Below, piece by piece: positions 26,510-37,011 of a stretch of 64,000 nt of DNA. Position numbers and translations under genes: made by a program. Location: NCBI GenBank assembly GCA_022774705.1, contig JALFLM010000028.1, positions 1,066 to 65,065 on the forward strand. The letters run 5' to 3'. Under the pieces are notes generated by a model that saw only the letters and a list, made by a program, of their open reading frames with translations, was not told the origin of the DNA and made no database searches. Source of the DNA: Lachnospiraceae bacterium (GTDB lineage Bacteria; Bacillota; Clostridia; Lachnospirales; Lachnospiraceae). Within the stretch, counting starts at the first letter, position 1. Each line of letters starts with the position of its first letter.

Positions 26510-27298
26510 ATGAACAGCAAAAAAAAAGCCATTCTGGTTGTCAGTTTTGGAACCAGTATCAATGAAGCCCGCGAAAAAACCATCGATAAAATCGAGGATG
26601 ATTTCCGTCAGTCATTCCCTGACTATACCATATACCGGGCATGGACCAGCAAGATGATCATTCGCAAGATTCTGAAACGTGATGGCGTCCGCATCATGAC
26701 AGTAACCGATGCCGTTGAACAGATGATTTCAGACGGAATTCAGGAGCTGATCGTTCAGCCCACTCATATTCTGAACGGAATAGAAAATGATATCATGATT
26801 TCAGAAGTTAATTTTTTTGCAGAGCATTTTGACAGTATTCGATTCGGTAATCCGCTTTTATCTTCTACCAATGATAATCTGGCTGTGATTGCGGCCATCA
26901 AAAAGGAATATCCTGACATTCCCGACAATGAAGCCCTTGTTTTCATGGGGCACGGCACGGTACACTTTACCAACACCGTATACGCTGCGCTTGATTTTAC
27001 TCTGAAGGATTACTGGCACAGCAACATTTTTATGGGCACGGTAGAAGCCTATCCCTCCATCGATACGATGGTCAAGCTGGTTAAAAATCTTGCTCCCGCA
27101 AAGGTTCATCTGGCACCGTTTATGATCGTTGCCGGTGATCACGCTATCAACGACATGGCTGGTGATGAGGAAGATTCCTGGAAAAACATCTTCCGGAAGG
27201 AAGGCTACGAAGTCGTCTGCCATCTGAAAGGAATCGGCGAATACCCCGCCATCCGCAATATTTTTATCAGCCATGCCCGTGAAGCTATGGAATCCTGA
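26510..27298 (+). CDS. cbiK: Sirohydrochlorin cobaltochelatase (CbiK type)
   Basis: 262-aa ORF. KKAILVVSFGTS..., VQPTHILNG.E and FMGHGT..., with conserved His positions typical of anaerobic CbiK. Confidence 0.8.
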   Translation: MNSKKKAILVVSFGTSINEAREKTIDKIEDDFRQSFPDYTIYRAWTSKMIIRKILKRDGVRIMTVTDAVEQMISDGIQELIVQPTHILNGIENDIMISEVNFFAEHFDSIRFGNPLLSSTNDNLAVIAAIKKEYPDIPDNEALVFMGHGTVHFTNTVYAALDFTLKDYWHSNIFMGTVEAYPSIDTMVKLVKNLAPAKVHLAPFMIVAGDHAINDMAGDEEDSWKNIFRKEGYEVVCHLKGIGEYPAIRNIFISHAREAMES

Positions 27299-27472
27299 AT
27301 ATAATCAGACAGTCCATATCCTGCAGGAAAACAACAGATGCTCTATTGCCGGCATGCTGATCTCCTGCAGAATATGGACTGCTTCATATCATCTTCTTTA
27401 TATTATCTTTTTAAATAATCTTCTTCGCTGTAATCTTTTATTCTGCAATTCTGCAGCCCGATATGCGGCGTG

Positions 27473-27928
27473 TTAATCGATAAACTGTTTCTCCAGTATC
27501 CGTGCAGCATCTGCCAGATATTCCAGACACGGTTTCTTCTTATAATAGCGTCCGCCCCGTTCCTGAACCTTGGTCATGACTTCATTTCCTTCCAGCGATG
27601 TCAGCTCACTGCAGTAAATACTGCCGTTTTCCTTTTTAAATTCATTCATCAGATAACGGACCATCTCGTAATTATCCTGCTTTGCTTCAATATTCCTTGG
27701 ATCTGTATTGCCGGTTTCCAATCCCGCAATCATTGCCATGGCGCAGACTGCGCCACATACTTCTTTCATCCTGCCCATACCACCACCAAATGAGCAGGAA
27801 ATCTTCAATGCCAGGTCCTTGTCAATTCCATATCTGTCACAATATGCAAGAAGGACTGCCTGACAGCAATTATAACCCTGTCTGAAATTATCCTTTGTCC
27901 TTTCAACATAATTTTCTTTTTTCAACAT
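27473..27928 (-). CDS. C_GCAxxG_C_C family redox-active protein
   Basis: 151-aa ORF. GYNCCQAVLLAY, GGGMGRMKEVCGAVCAMAM and a C-terminal Cys are present. Confidence 0.8.
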   Translation of the reverse strand: MLKKENYVERTKDNFRQGYNCCQAVLLAYCDRYGIDKDLALKISCSFGGGMGRMKEVCGAVCAMAMIAGLETGNTDPRNIEAKQDNYEMVRYLMNEFKKENGSIYCSELTSLEGNEVMTKVQERGGRYYKKKPCLEYLADAARILEKQFID

Positions 27929-28118
27929 CAGCGTTTCAAGATCCTTTCAGTATACTACCAGTTCCATAATCGTCCGGTGCACTAAAATTCAAAACCCGCA
28001 GATAATTATCCCCGATTCTCGAATCTTAATGCCGACCTCCGGTTTGTGCTTCCTGACTTAATATATCTTACACTAATTCGACCAAAATATAAAGTACTAA
28101 TTTGTAAAAATACTACGA

Positions 28119-28169
28119 AAAAACAAAAAGATGCAGAAGGGAATGTTTTTTTACATTCCCTTCTGCATC
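28119..28169 (-). terminator. Strong rho-independent terminator ending the nifJ transcript
   Basis: Perfect 17-bp stem: GATGCAGAAGGGAATGT (28130-28146) pairs with ACATTCCCTTCTGCATC (28153-28169) around a T6 loop. On the minus strand it is followed by TTTTTGTTTTTT. Confidence 0.75.
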
Positions 28170-28170
28170 T

Positions 28171-28262
28171 TATCCGGTCGATTGACACACCGGTTTCTTC
28201 AAAACCGGCTGTCTCAAACCGGTGTATCCCATAACCGGATACACCGGTTCCAGTCAATCGAT
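28171..28262. repeat. Array of ~15-bp degenerate repeats with (A)ACCGG(T) cores, bracketed by a 9-bp inverted repeat, in the nifJ 3' UTR
   Basis: TCGATTGAC (28178-28186) and GTCAATCGA (28253-28261) bracket the array. Five internal CCGG cores lie at about 28190, 28205, 28219, 28235 and 28244. Confidence 0.6.
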
Positions 28263-28278
28263 CATATAATCTATCAGA

Positions 28279-31200
28279 TTATTCTTCTACTGAATACAGA
28301 GCTACCAGTCTCTGCAGGTGAGCATACTTGTCTACTGCGTTCTTTTCAGACTTGGCAAACAGATCAGCAGCTCTTTCAGGGTTCTTCAGAGCAAGTGAAG
28401 TGTAACGAACTTCGCCCTTTAAGAAATCCTGGTACTGAGACATATCAGGTGTCTTGGAATCAAGGCTGAAAGGATTCTTGCCTTCTTCCTTCAGAGCAGG
28501 GTTGTATCTGAACAGATGCCAGTATCCTGATGCAACTGCCTCAGCTTCTTCTGTCATAGCCTTAGACATACCCTTTCTGATACCATGGTTGATACAGGGA
28601 GCGTATGCGATGATCAATGAAGGACCCGGATATGCTTCTGCTTCAGCGATAGCTTTAACAGTCTGGTTGTAATCAGCACCCATAGCGATCTGAGCAACGT
28701 ATACATAACCGTAGCTCATAGCAATGCCTGCCAGGTCTTTCTTCTTAACATCCTTGCCGCCTGCAGCAAACTGTGCAACAGCACCCACGTTGGTAGACTT
28801 GGAAGCCTGTCCGCCTGTATTGGAGTATACTTCTGTATCGAATACGAAGATGTTGATGTCTTTGCCGGAAGCTAATACATGGTCAACACCGCCGAAACCG
28901 ATATCGTATGCCCAGCCGTCACCACCGAAGATCCACTGTGACTTCTTGGACAGGTAATCTTTCTCAGCAAGGATTGCCTGAGCTTTTTCACAGCCGCATG
29001 CTTCCAGTGCAGCAATCAGTTTGTCTGTAGCAGCAGCATTTGTAGCACCACATGCGAAGGTATCCAGCCATTCTTTACCAGCTGCAACAACTGCTTCGTT
29101 CTTGCCGTTGGCAACAACGTCTTCTACTTCTTCTTTCAGACGTGCTCTGATTGCGTTCTGAGCCAGTAACATACCGTAACCGAACTCAGCATTGTCTTCG
29201 AATAAGGAGTTATCCCATGCAGGACCCTGACCTTTTTCGTTAACTGTATAAGGTGTGGACGGTGAAGAGTTGCCCCAGATTGAAGAACAGCCTGTTGCAT
29301 TGGCAATGTACATTCTTTCACCGAATAACTGTGTGATTAATTTAGCGTAAGGTGTTTCACCACAGCCGGCACATGCGCCTGAGAACTCAAGCAGAGGCTG
29401 TCTGAACTGAGAACCTTTAACGGTTGCAGCAGCGAACTTGGCAGCTACTTCAGGTTTCTTCGGAATAGTTAAGCCGTAGTCATAACCAGCCTGAACACCT
29501 GCATTGGCTTCGAAGTTCTTCATCTCCAGAGCCTTGCCCTGTTTGTTGCCAGGACAAACGTTAGCACATGAACCGCATCCTGTACAGTCGTAAGCGGATA
29601 CTGTCATTGTGTATCTGAATTCTTTCAGACCTGTGCAGGGAACTGTGACTACACCAGCGGGAGCTGCAGCTGCTTCTGCTTCTGTCATAACTACAGGGCG
29701 GATTACAGCGTGAGGACAAACGTATGCACAACGGTTACACTGAATACACTTGGAAGAATCCCATACAGGAATGTTAACAGCGATACCACGTTTTTCGAAT
29801 GCAGCAGAACCTGAAGGTGTTGTACCGTCTACATAATCCTTGAATGCGGATACAGGCAGTTTGTTACCTTCCTGTGCATTGATCGGGATCTGGATATTGT
29901 TAACGAACTTGGCAACATCGGAATCACCTGCAACAGATTTGCCCAGTTCTTCGTATTCGCAGTCAGCCCAGCTTGCGGGTACTTCAATAGCTTTAACCTG
30001 CTTAGCACCTGCTTCGATTGCTGCCCAGTTCTTTTCTACAACGTCCTGACCTTTGCGTCCGTATGTTGCAGCAGCAGCTTTCTTCATCAGGTCGATTGCC
30101 TTTTCTTCAGGAATAATGTTGGCAAGTTTGAAGAATGCAGACTGCAGGATGGTGTTGATACGTGTAGGACCCATACCTGTTTCGATACCGATCTTAACAC
30201 CGTCGATTACATACATCTTGATGTTGTGATCAGCGATGTACTTCTTAGCCTGTCCGGGTAAGTGTTCTTCAATACCTTCCATATCCCAGGGGCAGTTCAG
30301 CAGGAATGTACCGCCATCCTTGATATCCTGAACCATGTTGTACTTACGTACATAGGAAGGATTGTGGCATGCTACGAAGTTGGCCTTGGAAATCAGGTAT
30401 GTAGAATGGATAGCTTCCTTACCGAAACGAAGGTGGGAAATTGTTACACCGCCTGATTTCTTGGAGTCATAATCAAAGTATGCCTGAGCATACATATCTG
30501 TATTGTCACCGATGATCTTGATGGAGTTCTTGTTGGCACCTACTGTACCGTCAGCGCCCAGACCCCAGAACTTGCAGCTGATTGTGGAAGCAGGAGTTGT
30601 GTCAGGGTTTTCGCCCAGTTCCAGTGAAAGGTTGGTAACATCATCAACGATACCGATTGTGAATTTCTGTTTTTCAGTGTTGTTGTAAACAGCAAGGATC
30701 TGAGCAGGAGTAGTATCCTTGGAGCCTAAACCGTAACGGCCTGTGAATACCGGTACAGATTCAAACTTCGTACCCTTTAATGCTGCAACAACATCCAGGT
30801 ACAGGGGTTCACCCATAGCACCGGGTTCTTTTGTTCTGTCCAGAACAGTAATCTTCTTAACTGTTTCAGGAATAGCTGCAACCAGAGCTTCAGCAGAGAA
30901 AGGTCTGTACAGACGAACTTTAACAGCACCAACCTTAGCGCCTGCTGCGTTCATGTATGCGATTGTCTCATCGATTGTCTCGCATACGGAACCCATAGCG
31001 ATGATGATCTGTTCTGCATCAGGAGCACCTACATAGTTGAATAACTTGTAGTCTGTACCGATCTTGGCATTGATCTTGTCCATGTATTCCTGAACTACTG
31101 CAGGTAATGCATCGTAGTAGGGGTTGCATGCTTCTCTTGCCTGGAAGAAGATATCGGGGTTCTGAGCGGAACCTCTCTGGCAGGGATGATTGGGATTCAG

Positions 31201-31821
31201 AGCATGTTTTCTGTACTCAGCCAGAGCATCCATATCCAGCATATCTTTCAGGTCTTCGTAATCCCACTCTTCGATCTTCTGGATTTCGTGAGATGTTCTG
31301 AAACCGTCAAAGAAGTTGATGAAAGGAACTTTGCCTTTGATAGCTGCCAGATGAGCAACCGGTGTCAGGTCCATAACTTCCTGAACGCTGGATTCGCAAA
31401 GCATAGCACAGCCTGTCTGGCGGCATGCATATACGTCGGAATGATCACCGAAGATTGACAGCGCATGGGATGCTAACGCACGTGCGGATACGTTAAACAC
31501 ACCGGGGAGCTGTTCACCTGCAACCTTGTAAAGGTTGGGGATCATTAACAGAAGGCCCTGAGAAGCTGTGTAGGTAGTAGTCAGAGCACCTGCTGCCAGT
31601 GAACCGTGTACAGCACCGGCTGCACCGGCTTCAGACTGCATCTCGATAACCTGAACAGGCTGACCGAAGATATTTTTCTTTCCTGCGGTTGCCCATTCAT
31701 CAGCAGCTTCTGCCATTACGGATGAAGGGGTAATAGGGTAGATTGCTGCAACTTCTGTAAAAGCATAAGAAGCATGGGAAGCAGCATGGTTACCATCCAT
31801 GGTTTTCATTTTTCTTGCCAT
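28279..31821 (-). CDS. nifJ: Pyruvate:ferredoxin (flavodoxin) oxidoreductase
   Basis: 1180-aa ORF. MDGNHAASHASYAFTEVAAIYPITPSS, two 4Fe-4S ferredoxin motifs (CIQCNRCAYVCPH, CTGCGSCANVCP) and the TPP domain GGDGWAYDIG are present. Confidence 0.95.
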   Translation of the reverse strand: MARKMKTMDGNHAASHASYAFTEVAAIYPITPSSVMAEAADEWATAGKKNIFGQPVQVIEMQSEAGAAGAVHGSLAAGALTTTYTASQGLLLMIPNLYKVAGEQLPGVFNVSARALASHALSIFGDHSDVYACRQTGCAMLCESSVQEVMDLTPVAHLAAIKGKVPFINFFDGFRTSHEIQKIEEWDYEDLKDMLDMDALAEYRKHALNPNHPCQRGSAQNPDIFFQAREACNPYYDALPAVVQEYMDKINAKIGTDYKLFNYVGAPDAEQIIIAMGSVCETIDETIAYMNAAGAKVGAVKVRLYRPFSAEALVAAIPETVKKITVLDRTKEPGAMGEPLYLDVVAALKGTKFESVPVFTGRYGLGSKDTTPAQILAVYNNTEKQKFTIGIVDDVTNLSLELGENPDTTPASTISCKFWGLGADGTVGANKNSIKIIGDNTDMYAQAYFDYDSKKSGGVTISHLRFGKEAIHSTYLISKANFVACHNPSYVRKYNMVQDIKDGGTFLLNCPWDMEGIEEHLPGQAKKYIADHNIKMYVIDGVKIGIETGMGPTRINTILQSAFFKLANIIPEEKAIDLMKKAAAATYGRKGQDVVEKNWAAIEAGAKQVKAIEVPASWADCEYEELGKSVAGDSDVAKFVNNIQIPINAQEGNKLPVSAFKDYVDGTTPSGSAAFEKRGIAVNIPVWDSSKCIQCNRCAYVCPHAVIRPVVMTEAEAAAAPAGVVTVPCTGLKEFRYTMTVSAYDCTGCGSCANVCPGNKQGKALEMKNFEANAGVQAGYDYGLTIPKKPEVAAKFAAATVKGSQFRQPLLEFSGACAGCGETPYAKLITQLFGERMYIANATGCSSIWGNSSPSTPYTVNEKGQGPAWDNSLFEDNAEFGYGMLLAQNAIRARLKEEVEDVVANGKNEAVVAAGKEWLDTFACGATNAAATDKLIAALEACGCEKAQAILAEKDYLSKKSQWIFGGDGWAYDIGFGGVDHVLASGKDINIFVFDTEVYSNTGGQASKSTNVGAVAQFAAGGKDVKKKDLAGIAMSYGYVYVAQIAMGADYNQTVKAIAEAEAYPGPSLIIAYAPCINHGIRKGMSKAMTEEAEAVASGYWHLFRYNPALKEEGKNPFSLDSKTPDMSQYQDFLKGEVRYTSLALKNPERAADLFAKSEKNAVDKYAHLQRLVALYSVEE

Positions 31822-32087
31822 TGGAAATTCCTCCTAGATAGTATATAAATTGTTCATTTTAACAATGGGTTGCGGATTACCAGTCCGCATTGCTTTAATT
31901 ATAACATCATGTTATCAAAGTTGCAAATAAATATTCTTTTTTTTTGGGTAAAAACAGGCCAAAAAAGAAGGTGTCTTTCAAAAAATACATCTCTGATCTG
32001 CACAGACGATCTTTTGCCCTGCTGCACAGTCCCTTCCGGCTGCTCAGGATATCATCAGGATATCAGATGTAGCTTCCTGCAGGCGTT

Positions 32088-32876
32088 TTAGATACCGTCC
32101 TCGTAAAGATCATCGGTCTCATAGAAGCAGACCCGTACCAGTTCCGGATCGGCATGTCCCAGTGCCACGCCGTAATCCACCTGCTCCATCATGGTAATAT
32201 CATTGATCCCGTCACCGAAGGCGTAAGTATCGGCATCCAGATACCCGGTAAGGGTTAAAAACCGCCTGATTCCTTTTCCTTTCCCGCAGTCTGCCGGAAA
32301 AATCTCCAGAGAACTTCCTTTATCCAGAACTTCCATACCGGCAGCTTCGGCCAGAAGCGCCGCACGCTTCTTTTTCACCGGAACAGACTCTCCCAAAATA
32401 CCGTAAGTGCTCTCCTGATCCAGTCTCACAGTCAGCTTGCAGATATCATCCGCTTCATAATCTACCGAACGGACCCTGTCTTTATAAAACCGCCTGTAGA
32501 AATCATAAAATTCCCTGGTCTCTCCGGGGTGATCCGGCTCATCCACGTAAAGAAAACGACTTCCTTCAAACACCGGCATCATGTGCTCCTCTTTGCACAG
32601 TCTGTCCATCTGACGAATAAACTCACGGCTCAGCACCTGATACCATAATTCACTGCTGCCATAAATAATATGGGTACCGCATCCCGCAATATATCCATCA
32701 AAACCGATATTCTGAATATACGGCTCGATGCAGGACATACATCTTCCCGTACAGATCACCGCCAGATTCCCGTCTGCCTGAAGCTGACGGATTGCCTCCA
32801 CCGTGCTTCCCGGAATCTTCCTCCTGTCCCCTCTGTAATATAAAGTTCCGTCAATGTCAAAAAATACAATCTTCAT
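32088..32876 (-). CDS. Cof-type HAD-IIB family phosphatase
   Basis: 262-aa ORF. MKIVFFDIDGTL and the late GDGINDITMM motif are present. Confidence 0.8.
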   Translation of the reverse strand: MKIVFFDIDGTLYYRGDRRKIPGSTVEAIRQLQADGNLAVICTGRCMSCIEPYIQNIGFDGYIAGCGTHIIYGSSELWYQVLSREFIRQMDRLCKEEHMMPVFEGSRFLYVDEPDHPGETREFYDFYRRFYKDRVRSVDYEADDICKLTVRLDQESTYGILGESVPVKKKRAALLAEAAGMEVLDKGSSLEIFPADCGKGKGIRRFLTLTGYLDADTYAFGDGINDITMMEQVDYGVALGHADPELVRVCFYETDDLYEDGI

Positions 32877-33150
32877 ATTCTTCCTTCATATGTGATTCAA
32901 TCCATTTTATACTGGCATTGTACCATTTACAGAATCACATGTCAAGTCTTTTAAAAACATATGTTCTGTTCAATAATTTGTTTTTCGTTCAATTCCACAA
33001 ACAATAATTATCTTTTTCCGTATCTGACTGTAAGAAATGCAAAAAACAGTTTGTTTTTTTCCATAAATATGATAAGATATATGAAGCTGACAGGACAGAC
33101 GCACGCACAAACTCTGTCCTCTGTTATTTTAATGGAAAGGAGATTATGTC

Positions 33151-35100
33151 ATGGATATTCGTTATCTGAGATCACTGGCAGGCCGGTTCCCCACTATTTC
33201 AAAAGCTTCGACGGAAATCATCAATCTTTCCGCCATACTGTCGCTTCCCAAAGGTACAGAGCACTTTGTATCCGATCTGCATGGGGAGAACGAACAGTTT
33301 CTCCATGTTTTGAAAAACAGTTCCGGTTACATAAAGGAAAAAATCGAGGAAGAATTCGGCAATACGCTCAGTGAAAAGGATAAAAGAACACTGGCAACGC
33401 TGATTTACTATCCCGAGCAGAAACTGGCTCTCATCGAGAAACAGGAAACAGATATTGATGACTGGTACAAGATTACACTGAACCGTCTTCTGAAGGTAAC
33501 CTGCCGGATTGCCTCCAAATATACCCGCTCCCGTGTCCGCAAGATGCTTTCTTCTGATTTTGCATACATATTTGAGGAAATTATTTTCGAAAATGACGTA
33601 AATCACGACAAGGATGATTATTACAATTCCATCATTTCAACGGTGATCAATATCGGACGCGCGCCTGCATGTATCATTGCGCTCTGTCAGACGATCCAGA
33701 GACTTGCAGTTACACATCTGCATGTTCTGGGGGACATCTACGACAGAGGTCCCGGCCCTCACATTATCATGGATACACTGATGGACTACCATTCCGTTGA
33801 CATCCAGTGGGGCAATCATGACATCACCTGGATGGCTGCCGCCAGCGGTCACCCGGCATGTATCGCCGTTGTACTCCGTTTTGCTGCCCGCTACGGAGAG
33901 CTTGACATCATCGAAGACGGCTATGGCATCAATCTGGTTCCCCTGCTGCGCTTCGTTACGGCAACCTATCCCAACAGCCCGGGTTCCAATTTCAATATTC
34001 ATTATAATAAAGAAACCTACAATGAAATGGATCTGGAATCCGATCGCCGGATTCAGAAAGCCATGGCAATCATTCAGTTCAAGCTGGAAGGTCAGGTCAT
34101 TAAGGCGCACCCCGAATTTCATATGGAGGACCGCCTTCTTCTGGAGAAAATCGATTATCAAAACGGTACCATCAATCTGGACGGAAAGATTTATCCTCTC
34201 AATGATACCGATTTTCCCACCATCGATCCTGCAGACCCCTTTAAACTTACCCCCGAAGAAGAGGCTGTTATGGACCGGCTTGTTTCTGCCTTCACCCACA
34301 GCGAAAAACTGAACCGACATGTACGTTTCCTGTATGATAAGGGCAGCCTGTATCTGATCTACAATAACAATCTGCTCTATCACGGATGCGTTCCCTTTGA
34401 TGATGACGGTAATTTTATCAAAGTTCAGGTAGGTGAAAAGCATCTTTACGGCAAATGCCTTTATGATGAGCTGGATACTCTGTGCCGCAAAGCCTACTAT
34501 CTGCCGCCGGGTCCCGAAAAGACCTACGCTCAGGATATCATGTGGTTTATCTGGTGCAATAAAAATTCCCCTCTTTTCGGCAAGAACAAGATGGCTACCT
34601 TTGAACGGTATTTTATTGATGATGAAAGTACCTGGGTGGAAGTGAAAAATCCTTATTACAAATTTCTGGAAGACGAAACAGCGATCAACAAGATTCTGAC
34701 CGCCTTTGAGCTTGATCCGGAAAAATCCCGGATCATCAACGGCCATGTTCCCGTTAAGAATAAGGAAAATCCTGTAAAATGCAGCGGTAAACTCATGATC
34801 ATTGACGGTGGCTTCTCCAAAGCCTACCAGAAAACAACCGGCATTGCCGGCTATACTCTGGTCTATAATTCAAAGCGCATGTTCCTGGCTGCGCATAAGC
34901 CATTCACTTCCACCGAGGAAGCGATTGCCAATGAAGACGATGTTCACTCCGATCATATGATCGTTGAAAACTTCCCGCACCGTCATCTGGTTGCCGACAC
35001 GGACGATGGCAAGCTGATTCAGGAGCAGATCGCCGATCTGAAAGAGCTTCTGTATGCATACCGTCAGGGCATTATCCGTGAATCCTCCAAATACTTCTGA
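33151..35100 (+). CDS. fbp: Fructose-1,6-bisphosphatase, class 3
   Basis: 649-aa ORF. YLRSLAGRFPTISKASTEIINLSAILSLPKGTEHFVSDLHGE, GDIYDRGP and GNHD match the Firmicute Fbp/YydE type. Confidence 0.95.
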   Translation: MDIRYLRSLAGRFPTISKASTEIINLSAILSLPKGTEHFVSDLHGENEQFLHVLKNSSGYIKEKIEEEFGNTLSEKDKRTLATLIYYPEQKLALIEKQETDIDDWYKITLNRLLKVTCRIASKYTRSRVRKMLSSDFAYIFEEIIFENDVNHDKDDYYNSIISTVINIGRAPACIIALCQTIQRLAVTHLHVLGDIYDRGPGPHIIMDTLMDYHSVDIQWGNHDITWMAAASGHPACIAVVLRFAARYGELDIIEDGYGINLVPLLRFVTATYPNSPGSNFNIHYNKETYNEMDLESDRRIQKAMAIIQFKLEGQVIKAHPEFHMEDRLLLEKIDYQNGTINLDGKIYPLNDTDFPTIDPADPFKLTPEEEAVMDRLVSAFTHSEKLNRHVRFLYDKGSLYLIYNNNLLYHGCVPFDDDGNFIKVQVGEKHLYGKCLYDELDTLCRKAYYLPPGPEKTYAQDIMWFIWCNKNSPLFGKNKMATFERYFIDDESTWVEVKNPYYKFLEDETAINKILTAFELDPEKSRIINGHVPVKNKENPVKCSGKLMIIDGGFSKAYQKTTGIAGYTLVYNSKRMFLAAHKPFTSTEEAIANEDDVHSDHMIVENFPHRHLVADTDDGKLIQEQIADLKELLYAYRQGIIRESSKYF

Positions 35101-35142
35101 TCTCTTGTGACTGTTTTTTCTGACTGATGATGGCAGAATTAT

Positions 35143-35188
35143 AAAAAGACCGCCGTACCCGGAACCTGCCGGATACAGCGGTCTTTTT
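35143..35188. terminator. Bidirectional terminator between fbp (+) and hemL (-)
   Basis: AAAAAGACCGC (35143-35153) pairs with GCGGTCTTTTT (35178-35188). A/T runs lie on both sides. Confidence 0.7.
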
Positions 35189-35224
35189 GTGTATTCTGAA
35201 GAAAACAGGCTTTCCCGTCTCTGA

Positions 35225-36499
35225 CTATCTGAAATAGGTCCGGATCAGTTCCAGCGTGCGTTCAATATCTTCTTTTGTATGCGCCGCAGAAACAAACATA
35301 GCTTCAAACTGTGACGGTCCGAGATGCACATGATTGTCCAGCATATAATGGAAATATCGTCCGAACTGGGCTGTATCGGCTTTCTGCGCTGTCTCATAGT
35401 TCACAACAGGATCCGGAGTGAAGAAAATACTGCCCAGTGATCCCTCATAATTGATCGTACAGGAAGCACCGCTTTCCTTCAGAATCCTGTCGATACTGCT
35501 GAAGAGGCAGGTTCCCATTTCGTTCAGTTTTCTGTAAATATCAGGATTTTCTTTCAGAATCTGCAGCTGAGCAATGCCTGCTGCCATGGCAATGGGATTG
35601 CCGCTGAGTGTTCCCGCCTGATAAACCGGTCCAAGAGGAGATACCACCGACATAATCTCCCTGCGTCCGCCATAAGCGCCTACCGGCATACCGCCGCCGA
35701 TAATCTTACCGTAGGTTACCAGATCTGCCTGGATTCCGAAATACTCCTGTGCTCCGCCTGCTGCCAGCCGGAAACCGGTGATTACTTCATCGAAAATCAG
35801 AAGTGCTCCGTATTTTGTGCACAGTTTCCGCAGACCTTCCAGAAAACCTTTCGCTGGAGGTACAACACCCATGTTGGCGGCAACCGGCTCTACGATTACG
35901 GCAGCCACCTGATCCGGATACTGGTCAAAAACGGCCTGTACGCTGGTAAGATCGTTGTATACAGCGGAAAGTGTATCCTCCGTGCAGCCTCTGGTTACAC
36001 CGGAACTGTCAGGTACGCCGCCCTCCATAACACCGGAGCCTGCCTTGATCAGAATGGAATCACTGTGCCCGTGATAGCATCCTGCAAATTTTACGATCTT
36101 GTTGCGTCCGGTATATCCCCGGGCCGCACGAAGAGCACTCATAACTGCCTCAGTACCGGAATTTACCATACGCACCATCTCCATACCGGGAACCATACCG
36201 CAGATCAGCTCTGCCATAATAACTTCCCGTTCTGTGGGTGCACCGAAGCTGAGTCCGTCCATACATGCTTCTGCCACTTTTTCACGGACTTCCTTCTGAT
36301 TATGTCCCAGAATCATGGGGCCCCATGAACCAATATAATCGAGATAAGTGTTTCCGTCTTCATCTGTAATATACGCACCCTGCGCAGAGGTGATAAATCT
36401 GGGAGTTCCTCCCACACTGCGGAAAGCACGCACAGGACTGTTTACACCCCCGGGAATTACTTTTACCGCTCTTTCAAAAAGTTCTTCTGATCTGCCCAT
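35225..36499 (-). CDS. hemL: Glutamate-1-semialdehyde 2,1-aminomutase
   Basis: 424-aa ORF. FERAVKVIPGGVNSPVRAF, FDEVITGFR and YGKIIGGGMPVGAYGGR are present. Confidence 0.95.
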   Translation of the reverse strand: MGRSEELFERAVKVIPGGVNSPVRAFRSVGGTPRFITSAQGAYITDEDGNTYLDYIGSWGPMILGHNQKEVREKVAEACMDGLSFGAPTEREVIMAELICGMVPGMEMVRMVNSGTEAVMSALRAARGYTGRNKIVKFAGCYHGHSDSILIKAGSGVMEGGVPDSSGVTRGCTEDTLSAVYNDLTSVQAVFDQYPDQVAAVIVEPVAANMGVVPPAKGFLEGLRKLCTKYGALLIFDEVITGFRLAAGGAQEYFGIQADLVTYGKIIGGGMPVGAYGGRREIMSVVSPLGPVYQAGTLSGNPIAMAAGIAQLQILKENPDIYRKLNEMGTCLFSSIDRILKESGASCTINYEGSLGSIFFTPDPVVNYETAQKADTAQFGRYFHYMLDNHVHLGPSQFEAMFVSAAHTKEDIERTLELIRTYFR

Positions 36500-37011
36500 C
36501 AGTCAGTCTCTCCTTCCTCTTCAACAAACTGTTTCAGCCATTTTCTCATACCGGCTGCCACACGCCTGACCAGCCTGTGGTTTTTTCCTCCGGCACACAC
36601 GCCGGCAATCACATCCCCCTGCCGTACAATGGCGGGGAAATAAAAATCGCACTGGGATTTATCCGAAGCATTATTAACAAGAAGCCCCTGTTTTTTGCCC
36701 TCCCGGCAGATTTCCCTGTTCAGGCAGGCATTGTCTGTCGCTGCAATCACCATAAAATAATCGTCTGTAATCATATCCGGTGCATACGCCTGTTTCAGCA
36801 AAGTCAGCTGCCCGGTATCTCCGTACTGCTGAATCGATTCCCTGCATTCGGGAGCCGCCACTGTAAGACAGGCCCCGAAGGTAAGAAGTGTTTCAACTCT
36901 GCGCAGCGCAATACTGCCCGCTCCCACAATCAGGATTTTTTCCCCTTTTATATCAAAAAACATAGGGAAATAGCCATTTACATTATTCTCTGAATCATAT
37001 TTGCCGGTCAT
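36499..37011 (-). CDS. sirC: Precorrin-2 dehydrogenase / sirohydrochlorin ferrochelatase (SirC / CysG N-terminal domain type)
   Basis: 170-aa ORF. YFPMFFDIKGEKILIVGAGSIALRRVETLL has the Rossmann fold. The gene is end-to-end coupled to hemA and hemL. Confidence 0.75.
   Translation of the reverse strand: MTGKYDSENNVNGYFPMFFDIKGEKILIVGAGSIALRRVETLLTFGACLTVAAPECRESIQQYGDTGQLTLLKQAYAPDMITDDYFMVIAATDNACLNREICREGKKQGLLVNNASDKSQCDFYFPAIVRQGDVIAGVCAGGKNHRLVRRVAAGMRKWLKQFVEEEGETD

Noticed and set aside
27929-28118. Possible riboswitch in the ~190-nt region upstream of the C_GCAxxG_C_C gene
   Set aside because: I could not match it to any riboswitch consensus I know (SAM, TPP, FMN, B12, c-di-GMP, ZTP, Mn, NiCo). 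Only a 10-bp palindrome GATAATTATC (28001-28010) stands out, so it is left uncalled.
28006-28257. 83-aa minus-strand ORF (and 28131-28469 on the plus strand)
   Set aside because: It spans the nifJ terminator hairpin and the CCGG-repeat element. It has no RBS, and its composition is driven by the repeats.
32877-33150. Leader hairpin (AGGACAG...CTGTCCT followed by TGTTATTTT) before fbp as a transcription attenuator
   Set aside because: The stem is only 7 bp, and I could not identify an alternative antiterminator or a ligand or tRNA-binding motif. It is too weak to call.
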